Assembly: GCF_004010195.1 (NCBI RefSeq)
Contig: NC_057711.1
Coordinates: forward strand, 75,144,149 to 75,208,148
Reading direction: 5' to 3'
Length of the DNA stretch: 64,000 nt
DNA from: Chiloscyllium plagiosum
Lineage: Eukaryota
Below are positions 1 through 12,699 of this stretch, piece by piece (positions within the stretch are counted from its first letter, which is position 1; each line of letters begins with the position of its first letter). The notes under the pieces were generated by a model. It saw only the letters and a list, made by a program, of their open reading frames with translations, searched no databases and had not been told where the DNA came from. The position numbers and the translations under genes were made by a program.

Positions 1-210
1 GCAGTGGAGGCCCACTTTCTGGATTCATTTAAGAAGGAGTTGGATAGAGCTCTCAAAGATAGTGGAATCAAGGGTTATGGAGATAAGGCAGGAACAGGAT
101 ACTGATTAGGAATGATCAGCCATGATTATATTGAATGGCGGTGCAGACTCGAAGGGCTGAATGGCCTACTCCTGCACCTATTGTCTATTGTCTACTGTCT
201 ATTGTGTCTA
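1..210 (+). mobile_element. CR1 LINE 3' end (ORF2 C-terminus, 3' UTR, ATTGTCT-type tail), cut by the window edge
   Basis: Reads FKKELDRALKDSGIKGYG; 3' UTR gaagggctgaatggcctactcctgc followed by a short tandem tail at about 179-210. Confidence 0.85.
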
Positions 211-385
211 AGGACCTAGTTGATTTACAGTGGTAAAAGCAAACCACAAATAAACCTTAATGAGAAGAGGTTCTTGCCTTAAATAAGATGTATTTATTAC
301 ATAAAGGCAATCAGGTACAAGTTACCATTATTATGTTACATATTGTTACTGAAGCTATTGGGAAACCTGTACAGCTTCACCTTAC

Positions 386-482
386 GAGATAGTAAGAAGT
401 TCTGCTTTCCCCAACCGAGTCCCTGCAATATCATCAGAATGGTTGGAGATTATTGCAGTTTCCAGCTCTTTCAGCATCCAAT
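386..482 (-). CDS. Candidate orphan internal exon, (D)WMLKELETAIISNHSDDIAGTRLGKAELLTI(S), product unknown
   Basis: Pyrimidine-rich acceptor tcttctctgatctgcttcttcttag and donor TC|gtaagg flank 97 nt with a single open frame; no homology recognised. Confidence 0.3.
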
Positions 483-519
483 CTAAGAAGAAGCAGATCA
501 GAGAAGATTCACTCAACTT

Positions 520-965
520 TTTCTCTGATGAGGAGGATATCTCATGAACAAAGGTTAAACAAGTTGGACATATTGTCCATTTCCAGTTAGAAGAATGAAA
601 TTGATCTGATATAAACAAGTAAAATCCTAAGGGGGCTTGATGGCATGGATACTGAGAGTGGATGCAAGAAGTAGAGGATATGGAATAAGAATAAGACCTC
701 CCTTTAAAGACCTGCGATGAGGAGAATTTATTTATCCCCCAGATGATTGTTGATATGTGGAATTCTCTTCACCAGAAATTGGTGAAAACTGAGTCATTTC
801 CGGGCTAAGTTAGATAGACCTTTGATTGACAAGGATATCAAGGATTAGGGGGTGTCAAACAGGAAAGTGGAGTTGAGACAATTACATGAGTCACGATATC
901 ATTAACTGGCGGCACAAACTCACAGGGCCCAAAGGCTTATTCTTGCTGCTAAGTCCTATGTTTTG
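520..965 (+). mobile_element. Old degraded CR1 3' fragment
   Basis: Degenerate CR1 C-terminal motifs (gatgaggagaattt, tgtggaattctct, agttagatagacc) and 3' UTR gggcccaaaggcttattcttgctgctaagtcctatg. Confidence 0.65.
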
Positions 966-1649
966 TTACTTATTTAAATGCAGCTGAAACTCTGCCAATT
1001 TCACTGCCCATCTTCCCACATTATGGGATATATTTGGGGGTAGGTGGAAATTTTGTGACCTGGGCACTTGTTACATGGCCTCTTTGCTTTACCCATCACC
1101 ATACACGCACCCAGTGGAGACACACAAAATGCAGCACCTAAAGATGAGTTTCAAATGCCTGGATCCATCCAGATCAGTACGCTAATCTGCCCCAAAAAGG
1201 TCTCTTAAACCTGTGTTGGTATGCTGCACTCGACATAACCTGGTGCTATGGACTGGGCATAAGAAATCCTCAGGCTTGGAGATGATCAGGAAACAAACGG
1301 CCAGACACAATATCTGGAGGGTCAGGAGGTGCTCATACATACATGATTCGTAGGGTCACTTTCAAAGATCCAGCTTCAACCTCCCCAGTTGCTGTATACT
1401 TTACATGAAAGCAAGCTGCAGGATCAAAAAGAATGCTTGAAAATGGTAGGCACAACACTGCTTCAAGCATCAAATATGCCTATTCTGGGACTATGGACAG
1501 ATGCAAATTAATCAGGCTGCAGCGACTCCTTTTACAGGAGGGACCTGATTCCAGAGACTGATTGGGATTTCCCTTCCCAACTGCATTCTTGCATTTATGA
1601 ATAACACCATTGATTCATGTATAGTGTTGCAGCCATTTTATCCAGGCAA

Positions 1650-1772
1650 AAGTGAGGACTGCAGATGCTGGAGACCAGAGTCTAGATTAGAGTGGTGCTG
1701 GAAAAGCACAGCAGGTCAGGCAGCATCCGAGGAGCAGGAAAATCGACGTTTCGGGCAAAAACCCTTCATCAG
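1650..1772 (-). mobile_element. Penelope-like element terminal-repeat fragment with hammerhead core and 20-bp TSD
   Basis: Similar to the PLE end at 34844-35007; cagccatttt(a/g)tccaggcaa occurs at 1630-1649 and 1770-1789. Confidence 0.85.
1745..1772 (-). ncRNA. Minimal type I hammerhead ribozyme core (CUGAUGA-A-GGGU-UUUU-GCCC-GAAAC-GUC)
   Basis: All conserved core nucleotides present, 4-bp helix II, palindromic ACGU in place of helix III. Confidence 0.7.
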
Positions 1773-1954
1773 CCATTTTGTCCAGGCAATCTGAAGATGG
1801 GTACGTCAGATCATTCTAAAAGCTATAGACCTCCTCAGCGGCATCTCTCCAAACTTCCTGAGGCAAGGAGATTTCATTCCCCTGTCCCTGGTGGAAAGGT
1901 GTATGGATTGCTTCTAGTCCAACAAATTTCAGTCTGATTAAGATATCTATGTTT

Positions 1955-4900
1955 CAGGTCTAATTTGAATAGTCAGTGGCAAATTGAGAAGAAAATTTCT
2001 AAGGAAATCTCAGTTATCTGTAAGAATAATAGGGTTGTAGTGCAGGAGATTTTAACTTTCCAAGTATTGAATGGGACTGCCATAGTGTTAAAGGTTTGGA
2101 TGGAGAGGAATTTGTAAAGTGTGTTAAAGAAAATGTTTTTATTCAGTATGTGTATGTACCTACTAGAGAAGGTGCAAAACTTGACCTACTCTTGGGAAAT
2201 AAGGCAGGGCAGGTGACTGAGGTGTCAGTGGGGGAATATTTTGAAGCAAGTGATCATAATTCTATTAGTTTTAAAATAGTGAAGGAAAACGATAGACCAG
2301 ATCTAAAGTTAAAGTCCTAAATTGGAGGAAGACCAATTTTGACGGCATTCAGCAAGAACTTTCAAAAGTTGATGGGGGGTGCGGGGGCAATGTTCCCAGG
2401 TAAAGGGATAGCTGGAAAATAGGAAGCCTTCAACTCTGAGATAACAAGAATCTGGGGCATATGTCCCTGTTTGAGTGAAGGGCAAGACTGGATGACTAGA
2501 GAAATTGAGATTTTAGTCAAGAAAAAGAAGAAAGCATATGTTAGATTTGGAGAGCAGGGATCGAGTGAATCCCTAGAGCAGTATAAGGGCCTAGGAGTAT
2601 ACTTAAGAGGCAAATCAGAAGGGCAAAAAGGGGACATGAGATAGCTTTGGCAAAAAGGGTCAAGGAGAATTCAAAGGGTTTCTACAAATACATTATGGAG
2701 AAAAGGGTAACTCAGGTTAAAAATAGAGTTCCTTAAAAATCAGCAAGGCTGCCTATGATGGAACCATAGGAAATGGATGAGGTACTAAATGAGTATTTTG
2801 CATCAGTGTTTGCTATGGAGAAGGACATGGAAATTAGAGAACTTGGAGAAATAAATTGCAATATCTTGAGAAGTGTCCACATTACAGAGAAGGAGGTGCT
2901 GGACATCTTAAAATGCATAAAGATGGATAAATCCCCATGACCTGATCAGATGTTCCCTGGAATTCTATGGAAAGCTAGGGAAGTGATTGCTGGGCTTCTT
3001 GCTAGATATTTGGACCATTGGTAGCATGGGTGAGGTGCCAGATGGCTGTAGGTTGGACGACATGCTGCCACTATTTAAGAAAGGTGGTAAGGAAAAGCCA
3101 GGGAATTGTAGACTAGTGAGCTTGACTTCAGTGATGGGCAATTTGTTGGAGGGGATTTTGAGGAATAGAATTTACATGTATTTGGAAAGGCAAGGGTTGA
3201 TGAGGGACAGTCAGCAGGGCTTTGTGCTTGAGAAAGCATACCTCACTAAATTGATAGAGATTTTTGAAATAATGAAGAGAATTGATAAAGGCAGAGTGGT
3301 GGTCACTATCTCTCCTGCCTATTGGAAAGATCATGTAAAACTTGAAAATGTTCAGAAAAGATTTACAAGGATGTTGCCAGGGTTGGAGGATTTGAGCTAT
3401 AGGGAGAGTCTGAACAGGTTGGGGATGTTTTCCCTGGAGCGTCGAAGGCTGAGGGGTGACCTTATAGAGATTTACAAAATTATGAGGGGCATGAATAGGG
3501 TAAATAGACAAAGTCTTTTCCCTGGGGTCGGAGAGTCCGAACTAGAGGGCATAGGTTTAGGTTGAGAGGGGAAAGATATAAAAGGGACCTAAGGGGCAAC
3601 TTTTTCACGCAGAGCGTGATACGTGTATGGAATGAGCTGTCAGAGGAAGTGGTGGAGGCTGGTATGATTGCAACATTTAAAAGGCATTTGGATGGGTATA
3701 TGAATAGGAAGGGTTTGGAGGGATATGGGCCAGGTGCTGGCAGTTGGGACTAGATTGGGTTGGGATATCTGGTCGGCATGGATGGGTTGGACCGAAGGGT
3801 CTGTTTCCATGCTGTATATCTCTATGACTCTATGACTCTTTGGGGACTTCGGTGAGGCATTCAACAAGGTTCCTCGTGGTTGACTGGTTAACAAGGTTAG
3901 ATCACATGGAATACATGGAGAACATGCCATTTGGATAGAAAATTAGCAAGAAAATGGGAGACAGAGGGATGGTGGTGGAGAGTTATTTTTCAGATGGGAG
4001 GTCTGTGACCAGCGAAGTGGCACAAGGATTGGTGCTGGTTCACTGCTTTTTGTCATTTATATAAATGATTTGTGCGTGAATATAGGAGGTATGGTTAGTA
4101 AGTTTGCAGATGACACCAAAATTGATGGTGTAGTAGATAGCAAAGAAGCTTACCTCAGAGTACAATGAGAACTTGATCAAATGGGCTGATGGACAAAGGT
4201 GTGACAGATGAAGTTTAATCTAGATAAATTTAAGGTGCTGCATTTTGGCAAGGCAAATCAAGGCAGGACTTAATGGTAAGGTCCTGCGGAGCATCACCAA
4301 ACAAAGAGACCTTGGAGTGCAGGTTCATAATTCCTTCAAAGGGGAGTCGCCAATAGACTGGGTAGTGAAGAAGGCATTTGGTATACTTGCCTTTATTGGT
4401 CAGTCCATTGAGTATAGGACTTGGAGGTCATGTTGCAGCTGTACAGGACATTGGTTAGGCCACTTTCGGAATAGTGTATTCAGTTCTGACTCCCTGCTAT
4501 AGGAAAGTCGCTGTTAAACTTGGAAGAGTTCAGATAAGATTTACAAGGGTCTTGCCAGGATTTGAGGTTTGAGCGATAGGGAAAGGCTGGGGCTATTTTC
4601 CATGGACCATCGCAGGCTGAGGGGTGATCTTATAGAGTTTAAAAAAATCATGATAGGCATGAGAGGGTGAATTGTCAAGGTCTTTTCCCCAGGGTAGGGG
4701 AAATTGAAACTAGTGGGTGTAGGTTTAAGGTGAGTGGGGAAAGATTTAAAAGAGACCTAAGGGGCAACTTTTTCATGCAGACAGTGGTGCATGTATGGAA
4801 TGAGCTGCCAGAGGAAGTGGTAGAGGCTGGTACAATTACAACATTCAAAAGGTATCTGGATAGGAATATGAATTGGAATGGTTTTGAAGGATATGGGCCA

Positions 4901-5000
4901 AATGCTGGCAAATGGTGCTAGATCAGTTTAGGATATCTAGTCAGCATGGACGAGTGGACTGCAGGGTCTGTTTCCGTGTTGTACATCTCTATGACTCTAT
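1955..5000 (+). mobile_element. 5'-truncated, decayed CR1 LINE ORF2 (endonuclease end, RT, 3' tail), interrupted by a nested CR1
   Basis: ORF-track peptides PTREGAKLDLLLGN..SDHNSISF, PLFKKGGKEKPGNCRLVSLTSV and KFADDTK; TATGACTC tail near 4990-5000; many stops and frameshifts. Confidence 0.92.
3310..3838 (+). mobile_element. CR1 3' fragment nested in the RT region of the surrounding CR1
   Basis: Abrupt jump from DKGRVV to SPAYWKDHVKLE; ends in (TATGACTC)n; host RT resumes at 3841 (gacttcggtgaggcattcaacaagg, DFSKAFDKV-like). Confidence 0.88.
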
Positions 5001-5002
5001 AA

Positions 5003-6345
5003 AAGAACATAAGAAATAGAAACAGGAGTAGGCCTTCTGGCCCTTCGAGAATGCTCTGCCCTTCAATTAGATCAAGGCTGATCTTAGCTCCACTTACCCA
5101 AACCACTCACCATAACCCTTAATTCTTTTATTGTTCAAAAATCTTTCTAACTTTGCCTTAAAAATGTTTAACAAGGTAGCCTCAACTGCTTCACTGGGCA
5201 GGGAATTCATTACGCTTTAGGTGCAGAGGTTGCTCCTTTACTCAGTTTTAAATTGGCCTCCCCTTATTTTGAGGCAATACCACCTAGTTGCAGTTTCACC
5301 ACCAGTGGAAACAACCTCCCTGCTTCTACTTTATTTATTGTTTTCATAAAATTTTATGTTTCTCTAAGATTACCCCTTATTCTTCTCAAATTCCAATCAC
5401 TATAGTCCCATTCTACTCAATCTCTCCTCATAAGCCAACCCTCTCAACTCCAGAATCAATCTAGTGAACATCCTCTGCAACCCCTCTACTGACAGTACAT
5501 CCTTTCTCAACTAAGGAGACTAAAACTGTACACAGTACTCCAGGTGTGGCCTCACCATCACCCTATACAACTGCAGCATAACCTCCCTGTTTTTAAACAC
5601 CATTCCTCTTGCAATGAAGGATAATATTCTATTTGCCTTCTTAATTACCCGCTGCACCTGCAAAACGACTTTTTGTGATTCATGCACAAGAACACCCAGG
5701 TCCCTGTGTACTGCAGCATGCTGCAATTTTTCACCATTTAAATAGTAGTCCATTTTGCTCTTATTCCAATCAAAATGGACGCCACACATTTACCAACATT
5801 GTACTGCGTCTGCCAGACTCTTGCCCATTCACTTAACCTATTTATGTCCCTCTGTAGACTGCCAGTGTCCTCTGCACACTTTGCTCTACCACTCAGCATA
5901 GTGTCAATCTGTGGACTTGGACACACTACACTTGGTCTCCAACTCCAAATCATCTACGTAAATTGTAACAATTGCTGTCCCAACACTGATTTGTCAGGCA
6001 CACCACTAGACACTGATCACCAACCAGAAAAAACAACTATTTATCCCCACTCTTTGCTTTCTGTTAGTTAACCAATCCTCTATTAATAAACCATACTAAT
6101 ACATTACATGTAACACTGTGCACCTTTATCTTATGCAACAATCTTTTGTGCGGTACCTTGTCAAATGCCTTCTGAAAATCCAGATACACCACATCCATTG
6201 TTCACCGTTGTCCATTACATTAGTAATGTCCTTGAAGAATTCCAGCAAATTAATTAAACATGACCTGCCTTTCATGAACACATGCTGCATCTGCCCGATG
6301 GGACAATATCTCTTCAGATGTCTTGTTATTTCTTCCTTGATGAAA
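5003..6345 (-). mobile_element. CR1 LINE 3' portion of a different subfamily, tail-to-tail with the previous element
   Basis: Minus-strand peptides QRDINRLSEWARVWQ and VRPHLEYCVQF; tail aagaacataagaaatag at 5003. Confidence 0.9.
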
Positions 6346-7300
6346 GATGATAGACTAAAGCATTGTTAAGTAAACAATGGAGTTTATTGTAATATTCCAA
6401 CTATTTACAGATTACGTGAATATAACTTTGATCACTATCAGGATTTTAGGAGTAGAGTAGTCCAAGGCCTGTCTCCTTTGTTACTCTTGACCAAGTCCCC
6501 CTGACATCATTATAGTTGTTGGTGCTTACTGCACTCGATCAAATATTAAAGTTTACAGAGCTTTCACAACTGTACGCAATAAGAACCTTCTGTCTTGTCC
6601 CACTAGCTAGGAGAATGACATGCAAGAATAAATCACTGAGCAAATGGAATCTTCCTTCTATCTTGCCAACAAACATTTCATCATTCACACCCCTGCAGAA
6701 TGCCTGCTTCATTAATCAATAGACATTTTCACACTGCCAGGCTGAGACTGTTGCCTGAGTCCCAGTGTACGCTGGGATCTTCAGTCCTGGTTGGGGCTTT
6801 ACAGGAATCTTGTTCAACAAGGTTGCCTTCAGCTGTTTTCTGAGAGTGCTAACAGTCCTATAAAATGTTGCCAGCACTTTCAGCAGTACAGCCTACCTCT
6901 CTGTTCACCTTTGTTCTGGAAACAGTTGGCATGGCTACCTTCCAAACTCGCTGATAGGTGTGAAATAGTGTTCCAATCAAGGATCAGGTCACAAGTACCA
7001 GCTGCACCCACTTCTGGACCTGGCAGAGATACCTCAGGTTTCCAGGGAAGTTCCTCATCCTGGAGTGGGGCTGGGAACATGCACATTTCTGACTCAGAGG
7101 CAAAAGTGTGAACCAACTGAGCCAAAGCTAACACAGCTGACAATAAGCAGCAGGATAGTGACAGTAAGCTCTTGCTGTTGCTGTCCAGGAATCATGTGGC
7201 CACTGATTGCAGTATGTGTTGACTTTTTGGGATAAGGTAAAATTTCGCTCTGATTGGCTTCAATCCAGGAGAGATATAAAATGGGATGCAAAACCACTCA
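6345..7300 (-). mobile_element. Possible highly decayed Gypsy integrase C-terminus and LTR-like end
   Basis: Frameshifted GP-KWV..GT and RVWK..HAN resemble Gypsy GPKWxPG / VWRRHADQ motifs; AATAAA followed by a U5-like stretch near 6350-6390. Confidence 0.3.
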
Positions 7301-8169
7301 CAATTTTTGCATTACCACATAAAGTTAAAATCCATCCCATTGTAGCTCCAGGTTGCAGCTATGAAAATAATACTAATATCAGTTGCTATCTTTCCTTATT
7401 TCCATGTGCCAGTGGTAGTGAGCTCAGAGAATTTTGATTGGGCTGTAAATTGGGAAGTCGATAGGAATAATGATTTGGGAGCTTAACTTTTCAGAATGGT
7501 GCTGCTAGTACAAATCAAGCCAAAGGAAAGTGATTTTGAAATATAAAGAACTCCATCTCAAACTGCAGAGAATACAGGGAAATGGAGACCTTATTATGCA
7601 GGCACGTTACTTTTGATTTGGTGAAACTCAACTGATTATGGCATCTGTTTCTCAGAGGGCATGATTAATAATTAAAACCTTCTGGGTTACAATCCTAACT
7701 GTCATAATGCAGTGACAGCACTACATATATTAGTAGCATGGCTGCTTAAATTTCAACTAGAATTGCATTTACACTTCAGGCCTTGAAAATATACCTTTAA
7801 GATTTAATGAATGTAAAATGTGCATTTGTTTTAAATGGCAGCAAAGTAGGAGTCATTCTAAAACAAAAAGTTAATTGTCTCCAGTCTCCCACATTAGAAT
7901 ATCCTATCATCTAGTATTGCCTTTGTACATTAGTTTTTCTAACACCACGTAAATACTTTAGCTCTCCTTGTTAGCACACCTTATCCCTGTTAGCATGTGG
8001 ACATTGTAATGCTCTGTGTTCACAATGGCCTATAAGCGTCTAACAGAAGGACTGTTTAAATAGTTTGTCCAAGGACGGAATGAGAGAACAGTTAATTCAA
8101 TTAGCAAATAATAACCTGCAATTTCAGGAAAGACCAAAAAGTATCCAAATGAAGGAAACATTATGTAAA

Positions 8170-8810
8170 AAGCCAACACACCCTCTCATACCACCTTGTA
8201 ACACAACTCATTGACTTGTACACCTACTTCCCACACTATCCTCCTGTCTTAATAACTTCCTTTAGTACGACTCTCCTCTTATACTCCATTCCTTTCATAC
8301 CACCTTTCTCCTAAATTCTTTCCCCCAAACTCTCTCACTTATATATCACCCTCATCCCATACCTCAATTTCACACCCCACATCTCATGCCACTCCCCTTC
8401 CACATCCTTCATTTTGTACCACTCTCTTCCTGCACAATGATCTTTCTCTACAATCTTCCTCCAAAACAATCCCTTCTTTATCTCCTTTTCTCATACTCTT
8501 CGATACTGCACTAGTCTTCCACACCCACTCTTGCCACACTTAGGCCTCCACCCATATGTGCTTTGTGTATCCCTCCTCCAATGGTTCCCCATTAAAATAT
8601 AGCCTTCTTCTATGACTTCAAACAGGCTTAGTGTTTTGAACTGTAACAGCAGTGGAGGAGGATATAGGGGGTTACAAGTTCCTTGAAAGAATTTGAAAAC
8701 TTTTTCCCAATCCAGCTCTTCTTGTAATCCCATTCTGCTTTAGCTGTCCTCTTGAACTCCATCCTCTCATAGCCCTGTCTTCTGCACCATCACCTTCTTT
8801 ATCCTCATTT
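8170..8810. repeat. Pyrimidine-rich low-complexity tract
   Basis: Strong C/T skew on the + strand with no clear periodicity. Confidence 0.6.
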
Positions 8811-11800
8811 ATGTCTGAAAAACTGTTGCCAATATAGAATGTGGCATTGAATTACAGCTCAGTGTAGAAATGAGGTGTTAAAGTAAGAAAGATATCTAAT
8901 ACTACCCAAATAGAACTACACAACATTAACCATCTAAGTAATTGTCCAATGTAAAGTTTATTTTTATTTCTAAAAATGACTTGATACAATTCAATCTGAG
9001 GTGACACTAACTTGTATAGAACAAGCGGTTCATAGCTATATTGCTAATTGTTTGGGAGCATCATCAGTGATTTCAGACCACATGTACCTGGAACTTGGGA
9101 GAGAAATGTTTCGATTAAGTCTTGTTTTTCATTGTATTCTCCCTTAAATTCAAGTGACAATACATCCTAAATAACCATTAAAGTGTATTAGTTTATAACA
9201 ACATGGTTTTCAGCTATCTTCTATCAAAGTCATGCAAATCCCAATCATAAACTAAATAATAACAATAACTAATGATATCTAGATCAACAGATGTGGAAAT
9301 TCAGTCAGCCTTTGTAGATGAGACTGCCAACTGAACTCAAAGCCTCAGGAACTAACCTTCGTCAGTATGTCCACTATTTCTTTTTATCTCTCTTAGTCCA
9401 ATCTGGACCATAGAAAGTTTGTTTGAAGCTCAACTTTCACTCTGAATCTTTTGTTCAATCACAGTAATGTAAATGGTGACAAAAGACATCTATCTCTGCT
9501 CTTGTTATGTGCTTCATGATGCAGTGTTGGGTTTTCGTTGATGTAGTCATGTCTTTATTCAGGAAGGAAGTCACATTGAGTAGAGTAATAGTAGAGGTAT
9601 TAGATAACTGAACAGACAGTGAAATAAGTGGAGAGACCATAGCTGCAATATAATATTTACATGGGAAAAAAATCACTTAAATGTCTAATTTATTTGTGTA
9701 CGTTTAGTATGAAGTGTGAGTTGTGCATTAAAACAATTTGTATCCTTTTATAAAATAGGACCTTGGACGTGGCTTTGCTGAATTGTGATGCATTTTATCT
9801 TAATAGTATGTATTGTGGCAATTTCTACTGTAAACTTAATGGCCATAAGATGAATTTATAAAGAAAACACTTGTTACATGCTAACAAATTAAAAAGGAAA
9901 ATTATTTTCAGTTTATTCCATACATTTAAAATAATAATTATAAAGTACCTCAAATCTCAATGCCTGAATGCCAGAGTTGTCTGAAACCTGGATACTTTTT
10001 GCATTAATTTTAATTGAATAACATTAAAGAAGAACAACTTACTTGGACAATTCAGCAAGGTACTGCATTTCCACAGTGTGGCTCCAGGCTGGTTACTGGC
10101 TTCATCACATTGTACATCTCTCTACCTGATGCTCCCTTGACCCTATCCAACTGGTGATCTACCCACAGCCCAAAACATTAGACCCAAAATCTGTAAAATC
10201 CAAAATCCAGCACTGCCTCAGTCACAAGGGTAGTTCTGTGTGGATATTATTAATCTGGATTGCTCAAATCAAATTTAAAATTCCCAGTGTTTAGTATATA
10301 ATTGTCTTCATCGCTTATCTGCAGGTAAAATACAGTTTTTTTGTCATCTTTAAAATAAAAACACCAATTACAAAAATCCCTTCGTCTATGTCATGAAAGA
10401 ATGTGATTTAAACTGTTTAAAGTATGATGAAAATTATAACTCTACAAATTGCATATTGCTTTTCATATATTCCGTTACAACTGAATAACAAGACAAAGAT
10501 CATGCAACATATCTGAGGTTGAAAAATTATAAATGTAGACATGCAGTGATTTCAAACACTATCCTGCGGTTCTAGGTTATGATCCAAAGACATATCATTC
10601 TGGTCTGGCAATGAATTTTAAGGGTTTTTAACAACGTAACTGAACACTCTTGGAAGGCAGGCCCAACTGAAAAGGTGTTGGAGAATAACTTCCATGTGGA
10701 GAAAATCAAGGTAAAAATAGACACCACCTTAATTATAATGCAGCTTTGGGAACTGAACAATTTCTACGTTATACAAATGCGCCATAGTGCATGTCCCAAA
10801 ATATGATCTAAAAGATAATATGAAACAGAAATAAGTATGACTGTTTGAAATAGGTATTAGAACAGTTGCCACAGCTTTCAAAAAGGTAACACATTTACTT
10901 CAGAAGGACAGATTTGTGCTATCAGTCTGTCACAATTATAAGCAGATTTTCCACACAGGTGTCATACATTTGTTTACATGTATATTTTGCCTAGGTCATG
11001 TTATAGCACATTACTTTTCACAATGTGATATGCCACTGAGAGCACAGTAATGGATTGTTCTGTCTCCCGTTCTGGTCAGGTATTAATTCAACTCTGTTCT
11101 TCAGTCTGAAAGTGATTAATGAGATGAGAGAATAAAATACTCCACCTGCCGCAACAAGTACAAAAACTGAATTAATGAGAAATATGAAAATGAGCTTTAT
11201 CTCCCAACCTAGAATAGAGATGGATCAGCTGTTTATTTACCTCAGCTTGTAATGATGTTGTTAGCAGACAAGGATCCTGAATCATGAACGTGAATGGAAT
11301 TAATGGGATATTCCATGTGCCCAGCTTAAGTTAGTATGGATAATTACTGTGAACTATGAAATATGTTTAAAGTGCTCAGAGGTCTGTAAAGGACAGACAA
11401 AGTCCAAAACAAATCTCAAATGAATGTTAACTATTCTCTTAACCTTAAAAAAGCACAAATTGTCATAAACTCATGGCAAATAATTACTACAAACTGATTT
11501 AAAGTTACTAGCATCTGAATGCTATATCTTTCAGTGAAATCTGTATTCATTCAAACTGGAAAGTTGCAAGAAGGTTACAGAAGTAAACGTAAGTTACAAA
11601 TGTTAATGTATTATTAGCCACTCATATTCTATGATGTCTTTACATTTTAAAAAAATACTACAAATAAACAATAGCCTGTTGCCAATTCTTCTTTACATTC
11701 CACTACCATATTAGTTCCAAATGCAAGAAATAATCATCTTTGTTTTCAGATTTTTATATCAATATCACACTTTTTCTTCATATGATAAGCATAGTAGCTT

Positions 11801-12699
11801 CTATGAAGCTGCATAATGTAGGCAGATATCTCATTACCTTTGGGCTCCAACTCCATTAGTTCCAAGTGCCATCCAAAAAAACCCATCAATTAGACCCATC
11901 AATTCAATACTGATAAAAGAAAGAGATAGTCCTTAAGCGTGAAGCAATTCAACTGCAGCCCATGAGCCAGATGCTGGTTAGATGTTGAATTGAATACAAT
12001 TTAATTTTCCTTTTGTTTTTGACTTATGATTTATAGCATGGATAATCAGTTACATGTAACAACAAGATGCCAGTAACGTTTTAGCACTAATTAGCCAAAT
12101 AAATTGGAATGGGACTACCTGTAAGAAAACACTGCAGAGACAAACAACAACAATGACTGGCTGTAAATTAGTTGCACAGTACATATTAGAAATCAGGCTT
12201 GTGTCAGCATGGATTTGACAACAGTATATTCATTCTCTATAGAGGGACCGAAGTCAGCTCTCGATCCCTAAATGAAAAATCGAACAAAGTTCAACATCTG
12301 AGAATAATGATAAGAATCAAATTCAATTAAGAATCTAAAGCTAATTAGAATTTTGCGCATTTGAATCAAATAATATTTTTAAAAAGGTGAGAGCATAGGA
12401 TGGAGAACATTCATGTATTAGACACAATTTATAGTTTAGGAGAAATAATCCAAAGGAAAAGTCCAAGTACAAACATAACAATGATACTTAGAAATCAACA
12501 TTCTAATCATGCTGGGCCTCCAGTTTGAACATACAAGTCCAGTTGAACAAGTATGTCTCAGGCACCACTGTCAATTTATTTCCTTCTGGGGAAAGAGGGA
12601 AAGAGGCACAGAGACAAAATAGCAACAATTTTAGTTAAGGATATTGTGACTGCAGTATGTGTTATTGACTGAATATACTGCTGCAATACTCCAAGAACG

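Noticed and set aside
10577..10710. Plus-strand exon-like segment (ag|GTTATG...AAG|gtaaaa)
   Set aside because: All three frames contain stops, and no homology was recognised.
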